Positions 61,903-64,000 of a stretch of 64,000 nucleotides of DNA are shown one piece after another. The notes under the pieces were generated by a model that saw only the letters and a program-made list of their open reading frames with translations, did no database searches and was not told where the DNA came from. The position numbers and the translations under genes are program-made. Positions within the stretch are counted from its first letter, which is position 1, and the number at the start of each line of letters is the position of its first letter. Origin of the DNA: Mustelus asterias (taxonomy: Eukaryota); NCBI RefSeq assembly GCF_964213995.1, contig NC_135803.1:113894001-113958000 (forward strand), written 5' to 3'.

Positions 61903-63293
61903 ATAAGATCATAAGACCATAAGACATAGGAACAGAATTAGGCCACTCGGTCCATCGAGTCTGATCCGCCATTCAATCATGGCTGATATTTTTCTCATCC
62001 CCATTCTCCTGCCTTTTCCCCATAACCCCGGGTCCCCTTATTAATCAAGAACCTATCTATCTCTGTCTTAAAGACACACAATGACCTGGCCTCCACAGCC
62101 TTCTGCAGCAAAGAGTTCCACAGATTCACCACTCTCTGGCTGAATAAATTCCCCCTCATCTCTGTTTTAAAGGATCATCCCTTTAGCCTGAGGTTGTGCC
62201 CTCTGGTTCTAGTTTTTCCCACTAGTGGAAACATCCTCTCCACGTCCATTCTATCCAGGCCTTGCAGTATCCTGTAAGTTTCAATAAGATCCCCCCTCAT
62301 CCTTCTAAACTCCAATGAGTACAGACCCAGTGTCCTCAACTGTTCCTCATACGACAGGCTCTTCATTCCAGGGATAATTCTTGTTAGCCTCCTCTGGACC
62401 CTTTCCAAGGCCAGCACATCCTTCCTTAGATATGAGTCCAAAACTGCTCACAATACTCCAAATGGGGTCTGACCAGAGCCTTACACAGCCTCAGAAGTAC
62501 ATCCCTGCTCTTGTATTCTAGCCCTCTCGACATGAATGCTAACATTGCATTTGCCTTCCTAACTGCTGACTGAACCTGCACATTAACCTTAACAGAATCT
62601 TGAACAATGACTCCCAAGTCCCTTTGTGTTTCTGATTTCCTAAACATTTTCCCATTTAGAAAATAGTCTATGCCTCCATTCCTCCTTCCAAAGTGCATAA
62701 CCTCACACTTTTCCACATTGTATGCCATCTGCCACTTCTTTGCCCACTCTCCTAACCTGCCCAAGTCCTTCTGCGGCCCCCCTGCTTCCTCAATACTACC
62801 TGTCCCTCTACATATCTCTGTATCATCTGCAAACTTAGCAACAGTGCCTTCAGTTCTTTCTTCCCGATCGTTAATGTATATTGTGAAAAGTTGTGGTCCC
62901 AGCATTGACCCCTGAGGCACTCCACTAGTCACTGGCTCCTGAAAAAGACCACTTTATCCCCACTCTCTGCCTTCTGCCAGTCAGCCAATCCTCTATCCAT
63001 GCCAGGATCTTACCTTAACACCATGGGCACTCCTTATTTATGATGTGGAGATGCCGGCGTTGGACTGGGGTAAACACAGTAAGAAGTTTGAATTCTCTAG
63101 TTTGAATAAAGTTTGTTAAACTTCTCACTACACTCCTTATTTAACAGTCTCCTATGCGCCAACTTGTCAAAGGCCTTCTAGAAATCTAAATAAATCACGT
63201 CCACTGGTTCTCCTTTATCTAACTTCCTTGTTACCTCCTCAAAGAACTCTAACAGATTTGTCAGACATGACCTCCCCTTGACAAAGCCGTGCT
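61903..63293 (-). mobile_element. CR1 (RT to 3' end), tail-to-tail with the previous copy
   Basis: TSGVPQGSMLGPQLF..KFADDT..LVRPHLEYCEQFW; (CATAAGA)n tail. Confidence 0.92.
63041..63130. mobile_element. 90-bp insertion with inverted Penelope-terminus sequences and 13-bp TSD
   Basis: TSD CACTCCTTATTTA at 63028-63040 and 63131-63143; AGTAAGAAGTTT and AAACTTCTCACT match the Penelope 3' end (32017-32027) in opposite orientations. Confidence 0.75.
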
Positions 63294-63445
63294 TTGTAAT
63301 AATACAAGTAATACATAAGGATTTATAAGTAATACAATCTATCATAAACAATTCGCATAAAACATGTTAACCTATTCCCTTGAATGATGAAGAAATGAAG
63401 AACAAATGTTGGCAGTAACTTCCTAGCACCATGTCAAGAAAGAAT

Positions 63446-63750
63446 GGTCTGAATTCTCCGACCTTGCTTGCAGCTGGGATTATCCGGTCCTGCTGCTGTG
63501 AACGGAGATTTGGCTGAGCGCCGAATTCTCTGTTCTTGCAGGCAGCGGTGGCAGAGTGTGAATGGCCAGAGAATTCCGACCAATATCTTTTTAAAATCCA
63601 GGTGTTCTGTCCTACAGGTACAGATTCGGGCCGGAAATACTCTGGTCTCACACGCCCCGTCACTGCTGCCAGCGAGAATGGAGAATTTGGCACTCAGTCA
63701 GTGGGACCGGAGAATCCCAGTTGCAGGCGATGTGAGAGAATTCCAGGACG
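63446..63750. mobile_element. Two adjacent Harbinger-type MITEs
   Basis: GGTCTGAATTCTC..GAGAATTCCGACC (63447-63581) and GGGCCGGAAATACTC..GAGAATTCC (63628-63745). Confidence 0.6.
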
Positions 63751-64000
63751 GTCAGTAGATCGTGGCAGTTAGTAAGCTAAAACCTATTAAACCACAGGTT
63801 CTTGTTTAGTGTCAAGCTGCTGAGTTCAAACGTTTTGCTTATTTCTTTAACACTGACAACGAAGCCTTGAATTGCACATAGTGTAATTAAGACAAATGTG
63901 GTGGCTGTTTTAACCAGGCAAACTAACACCTAGACAGCTGCTGTGAAGAATGTTCTCAATTTGCTTTTAACTATTTAATTATCTTACCCCAACAGGCAGA

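Overview
This is eukaryotic vertebrate DNA, almost certainly from a cartilaginous fish (shark). The inference rests on abundant HE1/V-SINE copies, HER1-like CR1 LINEs, a SacSINE1-like DeuSINE and GC-rich Harbinger-type MITEs. I could not recognise any host protein-coding gene, rRNA, tRNA gene or CRISPR array; the window reads as intronic or intergenic and is densely layered with TEs. These include CR1 LINE fragments, decayed Gypsy LTR elements, Rex1/Babar and L2 LINEs, a young Penelope element, Harbinger transposase and Myb remnants, and many MITEs and SINEs. The main findings are: (1) a 317-bp retroposon with a U2 snRNA-derived head, a second internal U2 piece, a highly structured body and a perfect 16-bp TSD, i.e. 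a candidate SINEU-like family outside crocodilians; (2) a young composite SINE-like element carrying a MITE, a structured domain and a CR1 tail; (3) a Penelope RT fused in frame to a CR1 C-terminus within a nested TE stack; (4) three hammerhead-ribozyme-like motifs; (5) three short local duplications with similar 0.80-0.87 kb spacing; (6) a V-SINE subfamily whose tail resembles the Rex/Babar 3' end. Family names come from recall of known motifs, not database searches, and boundaries of old elements are approximate.
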